DNA from: Candidatus Poribacteria bacterium
GTDB lineage: Bacteria > Poribacteria > WGA-4E > WGA-3G
NCBI GenBank assembly: GCA_965197475.1
Contig: CBDANF010000003.1
Location: 3,776,001 to 3,840,000 of the forward strand
Direction: 5' to 3'
DNA length: 64,000 bases
Shown: in pieces, positions 40,618 to 51,300 of the stretch
Numbering within the stretch: position 1 is the stretch's first letter
Layout of the letters: each line of letters begins with the position of its first letter
Made by a program: the position numbers and the translations under genes
The notes under the pieces: model-generated
Databases searched by the model: none
Seen by the model: only the letters and a program-made list of their open reading frames with translations
What the model was told of the DNA's origin: nothing

Positions 40618-41706
40618 ATGAAAACAACTCCGCTTTATAATATCCATCGTAAACTCGATGCTACTTTTGGTGAAAGACACGAAGGCTGGAACTTGGCTGT
40701 CCAATTTACCGATGCTGTTTCTGAGCATAATGCCGTTAGAAGTGATGTCGGAATTGTTGATATTTCATACCTCGGCACGCTTTGTTTGACTGGTGAGGAT
40801 CGGGCAGAATTTTTGCACCGACTCATCTCTAACAATGTTGAAGGTCTCTCATTTGGGGAGGGCAATTACGCTACACTTTTAACAAATCGCGGCAAAATTA
40901 TCGCAGATATGAAGGTATATGTCTTGGAAGATGCAATTTATATCAGCACTGCCCCTGAAAGCGCGGAAGATGTTTTCTCGGAATTGGACAAGTACATTAT
41001 TGCAGATGATGTGGAACTTTCTGTGGCAACGGATAATTTAGGAGCAATCGCCGTTTATGGACCGAAATCTGCAGAATTGGTTCAATCTGTTTTGAATGCA
41101 GAGAATTTGAATAGTTTAACAGAGTATCATTCCCGATTCTGCTTATTCGATCAACAATGGGTTGTTTGTGTGAGATCGGATACTGTCGGAGAATGTGGAT
41201 ACCACCTTTACATTTCGACCGATAAGTTGGAAACGTTATGGGAAAAGTTGATGGATGAGAGGCCTGGTGTTCAAGCAATCGGGTGGGATGCGTTAGAATC
41301 CCTTAGGATTGAAGCAGGCACACCAAGATACGGCACAGAATTAACCGATTCGATCATCCCACTTGAGGCAGAATTAGAACACGCCATTGATTTTGAGAAA
41401 GGGTGTTATATCGGTCAAGAGATAGTCGCACGTATGAAGTATCGCGGACACCCGAACCGCCTTTTGCGCGGGATTGAAATAGACGCAGAAAATCCTATAC
41501 CACAGGACTCAAAAATTTTCAGCGGAGAGAAAGAGGTAGGATGGATTACAAGTTCAACGTATTCCCCAACTCTCAAAAAACCGATTGCGTTGGGATACCT
41601 CCGAATGGCAGTCACAGAAAATGGCAGCCGAATTCAAATTGAAACTTCGGAGGGGCGTGTCAGCGGGACAGTCGTTGGTCTGCCTTTTATATCCAATAAA
41701 ATATAA
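40618..41706 (+). CDS. ygfZ: Folate-binding GcvT/YgfZ family protein
   Basis: KGCYIGQE signature with a GcvT-like N-terminus (TPLY..H). Confidence 0.8.
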   Translation: MKTTPLYNIHRKLDATFGERHEGWNLAVQFTDAVSEHNAVRSDVGIVDISYLGTLCLTGEDRAEFLHRLISNNVEGLSFGEGNYATLLTNRGKIIADMKVYVLEDAIYISTAPESAEDVFSELDKYIIADDVELSVATDNLGAIAVYGPKSAELVQSVLNAENLNSLTEYHSRFCLFDQQWVVCVRSDTVGECGYHLYISTDKLETLWEKLMDERPGVQAIGWDALESLRIEAGTPRYGTELTDSIIPLEAELEHAIDFEKGCYIGQEIVARMKYRGHPNRLLRGIEIDAENPIPQDSKIFSGEKEVGWITSSTYSPTLKKPIALGYLRMAVTENGSRIQIETSEGRVSGTVVGLPFISNKI

Positions 41707-41790
41707 GACACATCTTGATACACCGACTATAGAATTCGGACATGCGGGTTTCCAATCGCATGTCTATGAAGAAAGGAGAAATTCCTTACA

Positions 41791-42630
41791 ATGGGAAACC
41801 CAGATTTTGCTAAAGTTTTACTGGGCTTAGATGGTTCTAATTACGCGGAAGCAGCGAAAGAATATGCCTGTGAAATTGCACTTGCACACAATGCTACAAT
41901 TACTGGAGCCGCCATTATTGATCTACCCGGTATTCAATCAACAGGTAGTCCCGTACCGCTCGGTGGCACACATTATGATGTGCAGCGTGAAAAGCATCTG
42001 TTGGAAGAAACACGTCAAAAAGCGAAGGCGATTCTTGATGCATTTGCGAGTACTTGTGAATCCCGCAAGATCAAATCCGTCCTGCACGCTGATACAGGTA
42101 GCCCTTTCTCTGAAATTATTGAGGAATCCAAATTCCATGATTTTACTGTGATAGGCAAAAAAACCTTTTTCGGATATTCTGATCATGAAACCTTTGGCAC
42201 TCTTGAGAAGATATTGAAAAATGGGCTCACACCTGTCCTCGCTGTTCCTGATTCAGTTCGGAAAATTGAGAAGGTATTGGTTGCGTATGACAATAGTATC
42301 CCTGCTGCAAAGGTTGTTCACATGTTCCTTTTGCTCGGAATTTGGAATGCTTGTGATATAACCTTATTCACAGTGAGCGATAGTAGTGAAGATGCAGAGA
42401 AACTGTTGTCTAACTTAGGGGAGTTCTTTCAGAGTTATGGTATTAATCCAAACTTGGTAACGCGAAGTGGAAATCCTGATGTTGAGGTAAAAACCTATAT
42501 CACTGAAAACGATATTGATCTACTTGTGATGGGAGCTTACGGAAGAAAAAGCGTTCGCGAATTCTTTGTCGGTAGTGTTACACAGCATCTAATTCAAAAG
42601 ACGGATATACCACTTTTTCTTTACCATTAG
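41791..42630 (+). CDS. Universal stress protein (tandem USP)
   Basis: VLLGLDGS, VLVAYDNS, DLLVMGAYG..FFVGSVT. Confidence 0.9.
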   Translation: MGNPDFAKVLLGLDGSNYAEAAKEYACEIALAHNATITGAAIIDLPGIQSTGSPVPLGGTHYDVQREKHLLEETRQKAKAILDAFASTCESRKIKSVLHADTGSPFSEIIEESKFHDFTVIGKKTFFGYSDHETFGTLEKILKNGLTPVLAVPDSVRKIEKVLVAYDNSIPAAKVVHMFLLLGIWNACDITLFTVSDSSEDAEKLLSNLGEFFQSYGINPNLVTRSGNPDVEVKTYITENDIDLLVMGAYGRKSVREFFVGSVTQHLIQKTDIPLFLYH

Positions 42631-42718
42631 TGAAATTACCGATGTCGCATTTTTTCGCGACTGAAATTTGCGTCAACACATGGACGCACAACGCTGATAG
42701 GAGGTAAATACAACATCG

Positions 42719-43630
42719 ATGATATACAGCAAGTTTTATTTTCAGATTGCTCTTTTACTACTACTACTACCTATACTTGTAGGTGGATGTGGTTTAAGTA
42801 AGTTATCCAAAATTCAAGAGGAGAGTGACTTAGTGGTGGTGGAATCCACCCTTGAGAAAAACCTCAAGACACTTGAACGTTTATCAAAGTTAGGGAATAA
42901 GTCTTTAATTGTTAAGACTGCCCGCGCACATTCATCTTACAGCGGATTTCTTGAAGATAAGATGGAAGAAGCGGAGATAGAAGGTGACACTGAGACAGCG
43001 GAGAAGTTGCGTGCAGAAGCAATTAATCACTACGCGCGTTCTGAAATGTATGCGTTGAAGGCATTGGCAAAATCAGAAAAAGCCTTAAAAAATGCAAGAA
43101 CAGTTGATAAGGAAGTGTTTGAAAGTGCACTTATGAAACTGAAAAAGAAGGACGTGGAACCGCTATTTTGGGCAGCTTATGCTATTGCACGCGGTATTAG
43201 CCTGCAGAAAGATGACCCGATGCAAGTCATTGACCTTAGTCGGGTGGAACAGATGATGCGGCGTATACTTGAATTAGACGAAACCTTCTACTTCGGTAGC
43301 GCGCACTTGTTCTATGCTGTCTATTACGGCGACAGATCACCAGCAATCGGTGGTGATCCTGAGAAAGCAAAGGAACACATTGATAAGGTTGATGAGATTA
43401 ATAACGGCAAGTTCCTGATGAGTAAATTCTATCTGGCGCGATACTACGCTTATCCGAAACAGGATGTGGAACTTTACAAAAAATCACTACAGGAAATTAT
43501 TGATGCGCCATCGGACATGTATCCTGGACAGGAAGCCGCGACTTCGATAGCAAAGTCACGGGCGAAACGTTGGCTCTCTCAAACTGATGTACTTTTTGAT
43601 TTAGAAATGGAAGAAGGAGAAACTGAATAA
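42719..43630 (+). CDS. TRAP transporter TatT (T-component) lipoprotein
   Basis: Lipobox LVGGC, LELDETFYFGSAH..SPAIGGDPEKAKEH. Translationally coupled to a DctP gene. Confidence 0.8.
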   Translation: MIYSKFYFQIALLLLLLPILVGGCGLSKLSKIQEESDLVVVESTLEKNLKTLERLSKLGNKSLIVKTARAHSSYSGFLEDKMEEAEIEGDTETAEKLRAEAINHYARSEMYALKALAKSEKALKNARTVDKEVFESALMKLKKKDVEPLFWAAYAIARGISLQKDDPMQVIDLSRVEQMMRRILELDETFYFGSAHLFYAVYYGDRSPAIGGDPEKAKEHIDKVDEINNGKFLMSKFYLARYYAYPKQDVELYKKSLQEIIDAPSDMYPGQEAATSIAKSRAKRWLSQTDVLFDLEMEEGETE

Positions 43631-44673
43631 TGTGCAACAAGAAAATCAACAAGAAAATCTACGCAGCTGGTTTGGCTGGTGTAATTCTATTAATTTTGGG
43701 GTTGTTCTGTTTACCAACATCTCTTTTTGCTGTTGAGTCTATTAAGTTCGCTACACTCGCACCTAAAGGGTCTACTTGGATGAACAATTTCAATGCGATG
43801 GCAAAAGAAATTCTCACAAAGACGGATGGTCAAATCAAATTCCGATTCTATGCGAACGGTATACAAGGGGATGAACTTGATGTTATTAGCAAAATGCGAA
43901 ATGGCCTCCTTCACTCTGGTGCTATGACAGCCAACGGACTTGGCGAAATACAGAAAGAGGTTCTCATTTTTCAACTGCCCCGAATGTTCAAAACTTACGA
44001 AGAGCTTGACTATGTTCGCAACTATCTTCGTGAAGATTTAGATAAAGCGTTTTTGGATAAAGGCTATGTTCTGATCGGGATGGGGGATATAGGTTATTAC
44101 TACATTTTCAGCAATCAACCGATTAGGACTATTGCCGATCTGCAGTCACCGAGTGTCAAGATGTGGGCACGAACAAGCGACAAGATTGCGCTTGAATTTT
44201 ATAAAAGAGCGAAGATCGCAACTGTTCCCAGAGAAGTTACACAGGTGCTTCAATCCCTCTATTCGGGGCATCTCAATGCGCTAACCGCATCACCTTATGT
44301 CACTGTGGCACTGCAATGGCACGATAAATTTAAATACATGACAGATCTCCCGGTAAGTGTTGGTGTTGGCGCAACTGTTATTACGAAGGAGAAATTTGAT
44401 CAACTTACGCCTGATCAACAAAAAGTTCTACGTGAAATCGGTGACAAATATCAGAACAAGATGATTCTGGAAATCCGGAGAGATAATGAAAAAGCGATTG
44501 AGGCACTGACACAGAAAGCTGGCATTAAGATAGTTAAGTTTGATGAGGCGGAGCGAGAGGCATGGGATGCCCTCGCTGTCGAAACTCACAAAGCACTTGT
44601 CGGGGAAATATACTCTCAAAAGTTTCTTGATAAGATTAACGCGCTTCTACAAGAGTATAGAGCAAAAAAATAG
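43630..44673 (+). CDS. dctP: TRAP transporter substrate-binding protein DctP
   Basis: IKFATLAPKGSTW, QGDE..VISKMRNG.L. Confidence 0.88.
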   Translation: MCNKKINKKIYAAGLAGVILLILGLFCLPTSLFAVESIKFATLAPKGSTWMNNFNAMAKEILTKTDGQIKFRFYANGIQGDELDVISKMRNGLLHSGAMTANGLGEIQKEVLIFQLPRMFKTYEELDYVRNYLREDLDKAFLDKGYVLIGMGDIGYYYIFSNQPIRTIADLQSPSVKMWARTSDKIALEFYKRAKIATVPREVTQVLQSLYSGHLNALTASPYVTVALQWHDKFKYMTDLPVSVGVGATVITKEKFDQLTPDQQKVLREIGDKYQNKMILEIRRDNEKAIEALTQKAGIKIVKFDEAEREAWDALAVETHKALVGEIYSQKFLDKINALLQEYRAKK

Positions 44674-44703
44674 AGGGCAGATAGCATTGTAAACGATTGG
44701 TTT

Positions 44704-44732
44704 AGTAGGCGGGTTTTTTGAACCCGTCTACT
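44704..44732. terminator. Bidirectional hairpin (GTAG REP-like) between convergent dctP and res
   Basis: agtaggcgggtt ... aacccgtctact. Confidence 0.6.
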
Positions 44733-44745
44733 TTCTTATTTTGTC

Positions 44746-47700
44746 TCACTGTTGAATTCCAACTTTCTCAAACATTAAATCCAAATATGATTTCTCATCG
44801 TTGAAAAGCCGACTGGTTGAACCATCTTCCTTTTTGTCGTGCCAGTCCAATCGGAGAACGTTATAGGACAGCATATTCTCTTCAATCCATTCAACGGATT
44901 TTTCTTTTCCTAACCCCGAACTGTCTCGCAGTAATAGAAATGAATCGAGACAAAATGCTCCATCTTGTTTAACCTTTAATTGCTTTTCAAGGGTGACAAG
45001 CGTTTTGTCCTCTGATTTTTGCGCGAGTTTTACCTTTGGATGGTCCTTATAATCAAGAGTCGTATCGTCAATGATGCCTCGTTGTCCTTTTGGATCAATA
45101 AAAAGAATATGTGTTATATTCTGCCCAATATCAAGCACCCATAGCACAAAATCGGGATAAAAACTTCCTGCATCACTCTCCAAATAGATGCCGATCTTCT
45201 GCACATTCCGCATTAGATAGAATTCATATCTTTCATTCCGCAAATAGTTTAACTTGATATACTCTGTCAGATTTTCAACAAATTTTTTTTCACCTGCATT
45301 CAGTCTATCCGGTGATAATTGAATATCGCGATGCCCGTTTTCCACTTCATTTTGAGGGCGCATCAAAGGTTCATAAATGTGCCGATGTCCTCGGAGCAAA
45401 GACAACTGTAATTTACTTTTGATTTGTGAGTGTGGATTTTCTTCAAGAGGGTTTAATTCTGCGTTTTCAACCTTCTTTAGAAAAGCGTCCAATTTACCTT
45501 GCGTCGAAAATTCTTTCGTGACAGTATACTCGTAGATAAAATTATCCCTATCTAACGGTTCATAAACATAGTTTACACGATTGATATGAGCGTTTATACG
45601 GTTCTGCAGTTTACGAGTGACGTCAATTACGATTTGGCGATTGAGTCGATCTGTCCACGCAATTGGGTCTGGTACCTGTTCCCGATAACGAATTTCCTCA
45701 ACGAGTGATAAGAAATCAATGATAGTAGGCTTACAATTTTCCCTGCCAAAAAGTTGCAGATGGTTTTTTTTCGCCTCACGGTGAATAACGGTGGCAAGCT
45801 TTGCCCTATTCAGATAACAAAAATACTTTTCATTATTTTGATGCAAGTTTTCGTACACATTCAGTGCATTTTTCTCTTTATCCGTTCGGTAATCTAACGC
45901 TAATTTTCGCCATTTTTTGATAGTACCAGATTTTTCAGTGCCATCATCAAAATAGGTATAATGGATTTCTGCTCCGTTGAGAACAACCCGCTTGATACCA
46001 CTACCTGCTGTGTCACCCTGCTTAAAGATGGGCAATTTGTGGCAATAGTTCTCAAAGTTAACTGATGTATTACCATCCACTTTAAAAACCATTGGATTTA
46101 CGGGAATCTTGAAGACGTGTTGAAGCGAAACACCGCCAGCGTGAACTTCATTAATAAAGTGTTCAAGGTAACTTCGCCGCAAACTAAAAACGGTTAACGT
46201 TTCCAATCTACGGATAGCAGATTCCTTATCACTGCTGAGTAAGTAGTAATTAGACTTGTGATCGAAGTGCCGCCGTTTGCCATTGCCGCCTTTCCCACGT
46301 AACCGAACACCGCGCCCAAAAATCTGTATAATGAGGTTGCCTTTGGAGCTTCCCAAGTTAATCAGATCAATTACGGAGAGGCGGTAGGAGTTCCAACCTT
46401 CTGCAAACTTACGACTTCCAATCAGGACATTTATTGGACTGGATTCGTTATCAAGATTTTCAAAGTGGAGATTTGGATTTTCAATTGCCTCATCACGTGT
46501 TTCAATACGGTTATTGACAATGCTGTTGTAAAAACTCGCAGCATCCCCAACGTTAATCATACCCCACTTTTCACCATCGCCATAAGATAAAAGTAATTCG
46601 CTACTGTTTTCTGGATTGCGTGCTACGACAAGTGGACCGATAATATCATCTCTAAAAATGGTTCTAAAACTTTGGCGTTCTTCCTGACTCAGCGCAGCAA
46701 GATAATCCAATACCTTTTGAATGTCAGAGACTTCGTCGCCTTCACCTTCCTCTTTCGGATTTTCGACTGTATGTCCCATAAACGCCATCAAAGGACGATG
46801 TACAGTCAAGTCATTATCATAATCTTCGTCATTTTGGATTCTTTTGAATGTTCGTAACTTTTCCTCCATCACCCTGAGACATTCATCCAAATTGTCTTTA
46901 ATTTCTTCATCAGATTCGGTAGCGACTGCATCCGCAGTGATCGGTTTGAAAAAGTGGTCCTTGCCATAACCATCACCATAAAATCGGGCATAATCGTAGC
47001 GATAGATGATTGCGTTATCGTATTCATCTTTTAATTCTTTGGCGACGTTGTGAAAGGTGGCAGAATATTCAAATAGGAAGGAAGCACCTACATTGAGACG
47101 GCTCCGTAATTCCCTGAATTTTCCTGATTCCTGACTGGTCAAGCCGATGTGTGCTTCGTCTACTAAAATGAGTCGGCGAATTTCTCCGTCATCTGGCAAG
47201 CGGAAATAATCTTCATCCTTCTGCAAAAGCCCTTGTGTCGTATCAATTGTGAGCTCAATTCGGTTATTATAGGTTTCATTGAGTTTGCGTACGTAGGGTT
47301 CTAACTCACGTTCATGTTGTTTAATTAGATTTGCCAAAGGGGTTGTCAGATAGATTTGGAATCGGAAATTATCTTTTTCACAGAAATGGTGCAAATACTG
47401 GAGGATATTGAGATGCATAACGAGGGTTTTGCCGCTCCCTGTTGCCATCCAATACGCCAGCATCCGCTGCTCCTCCTCCTGTCCACTGTTCAGTTCATGT
47501 CCTGCAGATTGTTTGCGGTCAACAAAGAATTGATCAGTGAAAAGCAGTGCCAATACCTGATAATAGCGGAGTTCAAAATTATTTTTTGTCAGATAGTTGT
47601 ATTCGTTAAGGAAATCCTGAATCCGTTCCAAAGGTTCAACGGGCAGTTGTAACGCCTGATTCGGGTCGTACAACTCAATCTCCCGCTTTGTTCCATCATT

Positions 47701-47760
47701 TCGGATGTCAATTCCTTTTTCGGTTAAGATTTTTGCTTCGTATTCTTGATATAGTGCCAT
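44746..47760 (-). CDS. res: Type III restriction endonuclease Res subunit (SF2 helicase + PD-(D/E)xK)
   Basis: MATGSGKT, DEAH, SAT, QIFGRGVR, FYPDF..IDPKG. Start taken at ATG 47760. Confidence 0.88.
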   Translation of the reverse strand: MALYQEYEAKILTEKGIDIRNDGTKREIELYDPNQALQLPVEPLERIQDFLNEYNYLTKNNFELRYYQVLALLFTDQFFVDRKQSAGHELNSGQEEEQRMLAYWMATGSGKTLVMHLNILQYLHHFCEKDNFRFQIYLTTPLANLIKQHERELEPYVRKLNETYNNRIELTIDTTQGLLQKDEDYFRLPDDGEIRRLILVDEAHIGLTSQESGKFRELRSRLNVGASFLFEYSATFHNVAKELKDEYDNAIIYRYDYARFYGDGYGKDHFFKPITADAVATESDEEIKDNLDECLRVMEEKLRTFKRIQNDEDYDNDLTVHRPLMAFMGHTVENPKEEGEGDEVSDIQKVLDYLAALSQEERQSFRTIFRDDIIGPLVVARNPENSSELLLSYGDGEKWGMINVGDAASFYNSIVNNRIETRDEAIENPNLHFENLDNESSPINVLIGSRKFAEGWNSYRLSVIDLINLGSSKGNLIIQIFGRGVRLRGKGGNGKRRHFDHKSNYYLLSSDKESAIRRLETLTVFSLRRSYLEHFINEVHAGGVSLQHVFKIPVNPMVFKVDGNTSVNFENYCHKLPIFKQGDTAGSGIKRVVLNGAEIHYTYFDDGTEKSGTIKKWRKLALDYRTDKEKNALNVYENLHQNNEKYFCYLNRAKLATVIHREAKKNHLQLFGRENCKPTIIDFLSLVEEIRYREQVPDPIAWTDRLNRQIVIDVTRKLQNRINAHINRVNYVYEPLDRDNFIYEYTVTKEFSTQGKLDAFLKKVENAELNPLEENPHSQIKSKLQLSLLRGHRHIYEPLMRPQNEVENGHRDIQLSPDRLNAGEKKFVENLTEYIKLNYLRNERYEFYLMRNVQKIGIYLESDAGSFYPDFVLWVLDIGQNITHILFIDPKGQRGIIDDTTLDYKDHPKVKLAQKSEDKTLVTLEKQLKVKQDGAFCLDSFLLLRDSSGLGKEKSVEWIEENMLSYNVLRLDWHDKKEDGSTSRLFNDEKSYLDLMFEKVGIQQ

Positions 47761-47794
47761 GGGTTTACTGAAGATGTTAAGGTTAAATACTCGT

Positions 47795-48825
47795 TCAGGA
47801 TGCACCATCAAGGTCTGCATCCGGTAAATCACGACACTCTTTCAGGTGAGAACTTTCAGCCATATTTAGGGTAAAAAAATTTTGCCGAAATCCACCATTT
47901 TGCTTAAAGAGATCAAAACCTCGATCGACTCTGATAACAGCGTGTTGTGTTTCTAAATATCTTGCATGGAAAATACTGTTGGATCGTCCTTTACAGACAA
48001 CTTTATCTGCCACCAACGAGGGAATTGTTCTTTTAACGGATCCATGAGATGTCGGATAATTTTTCGGTGATTTTCCTGATTCCGTTTCAACTTACTTTCT
48101 CTGGCGTGATCTGTCTCGTCGTCCCGAATCCGATCAGCACTACAGGTAAATATTTCCACGGTTCCAATACCTTGCTCAGCTGCAAAAAAACCGTGTTCAT
48201 GCCATAGCGATAAAATATACTCAATACCCTTTCGGAAACGACTCGTATTTTCTCCGGACCCAATATATGCGTCGTAAAACCGTAGCCATTTGGTGAAACG
48301 GACCGAACGGATAATGATATCTTCTATTTCCGATTTTGAGAGTTCGTCTATAGGTCCTACTTGGTTCTCATATCGCTGGCGGTCTTTCTCAAAATCGCTA
48401 TCACGATATTCTGATAACGGAACAATGCCCTCATTAAACCTTCGGTCAGATTTTAGCGTTTCTAGGCTTTCCTTTCCAACAACTAAAGCATCCGCTTTGG
48501 TATCTGTTTTCAGGTGATATGCTAAATCTGAAAGACTTGCCGATGATGTATCATTTGGGGAGATAAAACATGCAATGACTCGTTTTGATTTCTTTTTCAG
48601 GAGGAGCTCTTGAATTAAAAATCGCAATCGCTGCTGCGGCTTGATTGGCAGAGATACAACTTGTTTAACGAGAGCATCTCGCAGCTTGTTTTTCGAATCA
48701 ACAATCAACAGTCCGTTTCTTTGGATACCCTTTAAGAGATCTACCGTTTGAATCGTGTAAAGTTCGTCAAAATACGCCACATCAAACGCAGAAGGATCAA
48801 CGACTGCACTTACCAGCATGGACAC
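47795..48825 (-). CDS. Hypothetical protein with a PLD/MIT_C-like C-terminal domain (one frameshift at ~47981)
   Basis: Adding one base at ~47981 joins 47953-48825 to 47795-48016, giving FYDAYIG...IFHARYLETQHAVIRVDRGFDLF, which resembles the MIT_C motif (DPY...HDR...GRGLD.F). Confidence 0.6.
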
Positions 48826-48836
48826 AACTCCTTCTG

Positions 48837-50489
48837 TTATCTCAATTCCCGAAGACGTTCCAGGAAAAACCCACTAGGCCACTCATCAATAAAATCACCC
48901 TCATCATCAAGACGCAAACGTTCTGCTTTTGCCCCTTCAGGTCCACGACTCACATAGATAACCGAGACATCCTCTGGCTTAATCTCCCTTTTATAGACTA
49001 AGCGTTGCAAACGTAAAATCAGATGCTCACTATGGGTTTCAACAATAAATTGATTTTGGCGCGGTTCTTTAATGCATTCCGCTAACAGGTCACCCAGGTC
49101 CGCTTGCAACTTCGGATGCACATGGACTTCGGGTTGTTCAATGGAGATAATTTGTTTTTCCGATAACAAACTCTGAACGATAAACGGAAGTAGTTGACTG
49201 ATTCCGTAACCGACATCTGGGAGTCCAACATTTACGTGTTCTTTTCGGCGTGTATCTATAAGTCTCACCTCAAAAAGATCACCTGAATTTTCTCTTACTG
49301 ATTTCACATCTAACTCGTACCCCATGTCAAGACGTTTTAGCCATGTGTCTGTTTCTTTTACCAGTTCAGGTCTACGGAAGAGTAAATCTGGTAGCAAGTC
49401 GCCTTGGTATCCGACATCCTCAGGACCGGTGCCTGAAAAGATGTACCATCTTTGCGGGGGGCACCGAAAAGGACTCATCGGGAAAAGATAATCTAAAGTT
49501 TGTTCCAATGCGCGGCCTGCTGCTATAGCAAGTTCACCAACATCAAAAATTTCTGTATTATCGGATTGACGATGGAATAACGAGCGGAATCCTGTTATCC
49601 AATGGTTTCTTTTAATAGACATAATTCTACTTGGTAGGAAACCCTGCAACATTAGAGCCGTGTTTATCTCTTCGTTGTGTCTCTTGGAAATGTAGGTTTC
49701 TAAGTCAAAATCTGATGAGAACAGTTTGAGATTAACACTTAAGTACTCAATCTCTTTCATATACCGTTTTTCAGATTCCTGAAATACCTCGCCAGCCAAT
49801 CTCTGGCTGTTCTTATTTTTTTCTCGCGCTCTCTCATGTGATTCTTTTGAATGTGCCTCATCTACCCTGAGCCGATTAAGTATTTCCTCTTTATTATTTT
49901 TACACCACTCAAACTCATATTTCCAGTACTTTATGGACTTTGTTAACCAAATACAATCTACCAAAGGTAATTTTGAAAGGGTAAAACTAAGCAAAGATGG
50001 ATCCGGAAAAAATCCCATTCTTTCCCAAAATTCCTCAGGTTCTTCAGATGTTTCCAATGAACGAAATTTGGCGATACATTCAGCGGATTCGCCATCGTAA
50101 ATTCCAATTTGATCCAAAAGGATTTCCTCCTCAAGCGAAGGTCTCTTGAAATCAAATTCAATTGCTATTTTACCGCTTTCTGATGGTAACCAAGACGAAT
50201 CCTTTTCATTCATTGTTGTTTCAACGCGAATTGAAAGTGTCCGATCCAGATCGTGATCAAATAGCATTTCCTGGAAACTACCGAGATCTACAATCCCATT
50301 TTCAGTTCGCGGAAGTAGTAAAGCTCCTGACTCTCTGCTTTCTATTGTCTGCTTGAGGAGATAGAGTGCATGCAAGATTGAACTCTTTCCGGCACTATTT
50401 TCCCCGAAAATGAGCGTTATCGGTGCAAACGGAATACGTGCACGTTTTCCAAATGCTTTAAAATTTTCTAATTCCAGTGCATGAAGCAT
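48837..50489 (-). CDS. ABC-type AAA ATPase (AAA_15/AAA_21) with a DUF3696-like C-terminus
   Basis: LENFKAF, GENSAGKS, DVGYGISQLLP, IEQPEVHVHP, VETHSEH, G.FIDEWPSGFF. Confidence 0.9.
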   Translation of the reverse strand: MLHALELENFKAFGKRARIPFAPITLIFGENSAGKSSILHALYLLKQTIESRESGALLLPRTENGIVDLGSFQEMLFDHDLDRTLSIRVETTMNEKDSSWLPSESGKIAIEFDFKRPSLEEEILLDQIGIYDGESAECIAKFRSLETSEEPEEFWERMGFFPDPSLLSFTLSKLPLVDCIWLTKSIKYWKYEFEWCKNNKEEILNRLRVDEAHSKESHERAREKNKNSQRLAGEVFQESEKRYMKEIEYLSVNLKLFSSDFDLETYISKRHNEEINTALMLQGFLPSRIMSIKRNHWITGFRSLFHRQSDNTEIFDVGELAIAAGRALEQTLDYLFPMSPFRCPPQRWYIFSGTGPEDVGYQGDLLPDLLFRRPELVKETDTWLKRLDMGYELDVKSVRENSGDLFEVRLIDTRRKEHVNVGLPDVGYGISQLLPFIVQSLLSEKQIISIEQPEVHVHPKLQADLGDLLAECIKEPRQNQFIVETHSEHLILRLQRLVYKREIKPEDVSVIYVSRGPEGAKAERLRLDDEGDFIDEWPSGFFLERLRELR

Positions 50490-50587
50490 TAGTTTTCTCC
50501 TACATCACGGGGAATTTTCCTGGCATCAATAAGAAACTGAATTGCGTCTGTCCAATGTGTCGTAAAAATGTCTTTATGCTTTGTGTT

Positions 50588-50981
50588 TACCAGCGTTCTG
50601 CTGCAAAGATTCAACTTCATCAAAATGCGAGTCTCGTGTAACGAGAATTAATCCATGCTGAATAGCAATCGCTGCAATCCAGATATCATTATCCGGTATG
50701 AGGCTACCTTTCCGCCGCAACTGATCTTTTATATTTCCGTACCATCGCGCGGTTTCTAAATCGCAAGAGAAAAGTGGAAATCATTGTGTGAGACGGTTAA
50801 CTTTCGCGAAATTTTCTGTAGGCCTACTCGATTTACGCGCACCATAGCAAAGTTCACCAACAACGGGTGAAGCCAAGAACATTTTATCTATATTTTGCAT
50901 TTTCTCTTGGATCGCCTTGTCACCGGTAAACATTCCGATAACGATGTTGGTATCTAAAAGGTACTTACCATTCTGACGCAT
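50588..50981 (-). pseudogene. VapC-like PIN-domain toxin with an in-frame TGA at 50781-50783
   Basis: YLLDTN..VVGEL..GA, then TGA, then in frame ..IPDNDIWIAAIAIQHGLILVTRDSHF. Confidence 0.85.
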
Positions 50982-51195
50982 CGACCTGTCCACAGTCCTC
51001 CTCAATCGCTTGCTTTATTTCTTCCAAGTCTTCAGGTGGGAACAACCCAACAAATTTAAGCAGTTCTTTACCAGATATTCCTTTTGGGGATTCTCCGGAC
51101 AACTCTAGCGTGAAGTCTAAGACCTGTCTCTGTTGCCCGGGCGAAAGCGTTTCTAATCGCTGGACAATCTCTCGGATAGTGGTTGATTTTTCCAT
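50965..51195 (-). CDS. Putative antitoxin of the PIN toxin
   Basis: 76 aa (QQRQVLDF..GKELLKFVG..EIKQAIEEDC..EW), overlapping the toxin start. Confidence 0.75.
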   Translation of the reverse strand: MEKSTTIREIVQRLETLSPGQQRQVLDFTLELSGESPKGISGKELLKFVGLFPPEDLEEIKQAIEEDCGQVDASEW

Positions 51196-51300
51196 TGTAT
51201 TTTCTCCCTTGAGTCGTATTACGGCAGGGGTTTTGCATCTAACGAACTTCTCGTAGCAAGTTTATCATAAACTGTATCAAAAATCAATGTTTTTTATTGC

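Noticed and set aside
47761-47832. N-terminal extension of Res
   Set aside because: It overlaps the repaired upstream gene. ATG 47760 is more plausible.
50781-50783. In-frame TGA in the PIN toxin as selenocysteine or recoding
   Set aside because: It is not a catalytic Cys position, no clear SECIS hairpin follows, and TGA is used as a normal stop elsewhere in the window.
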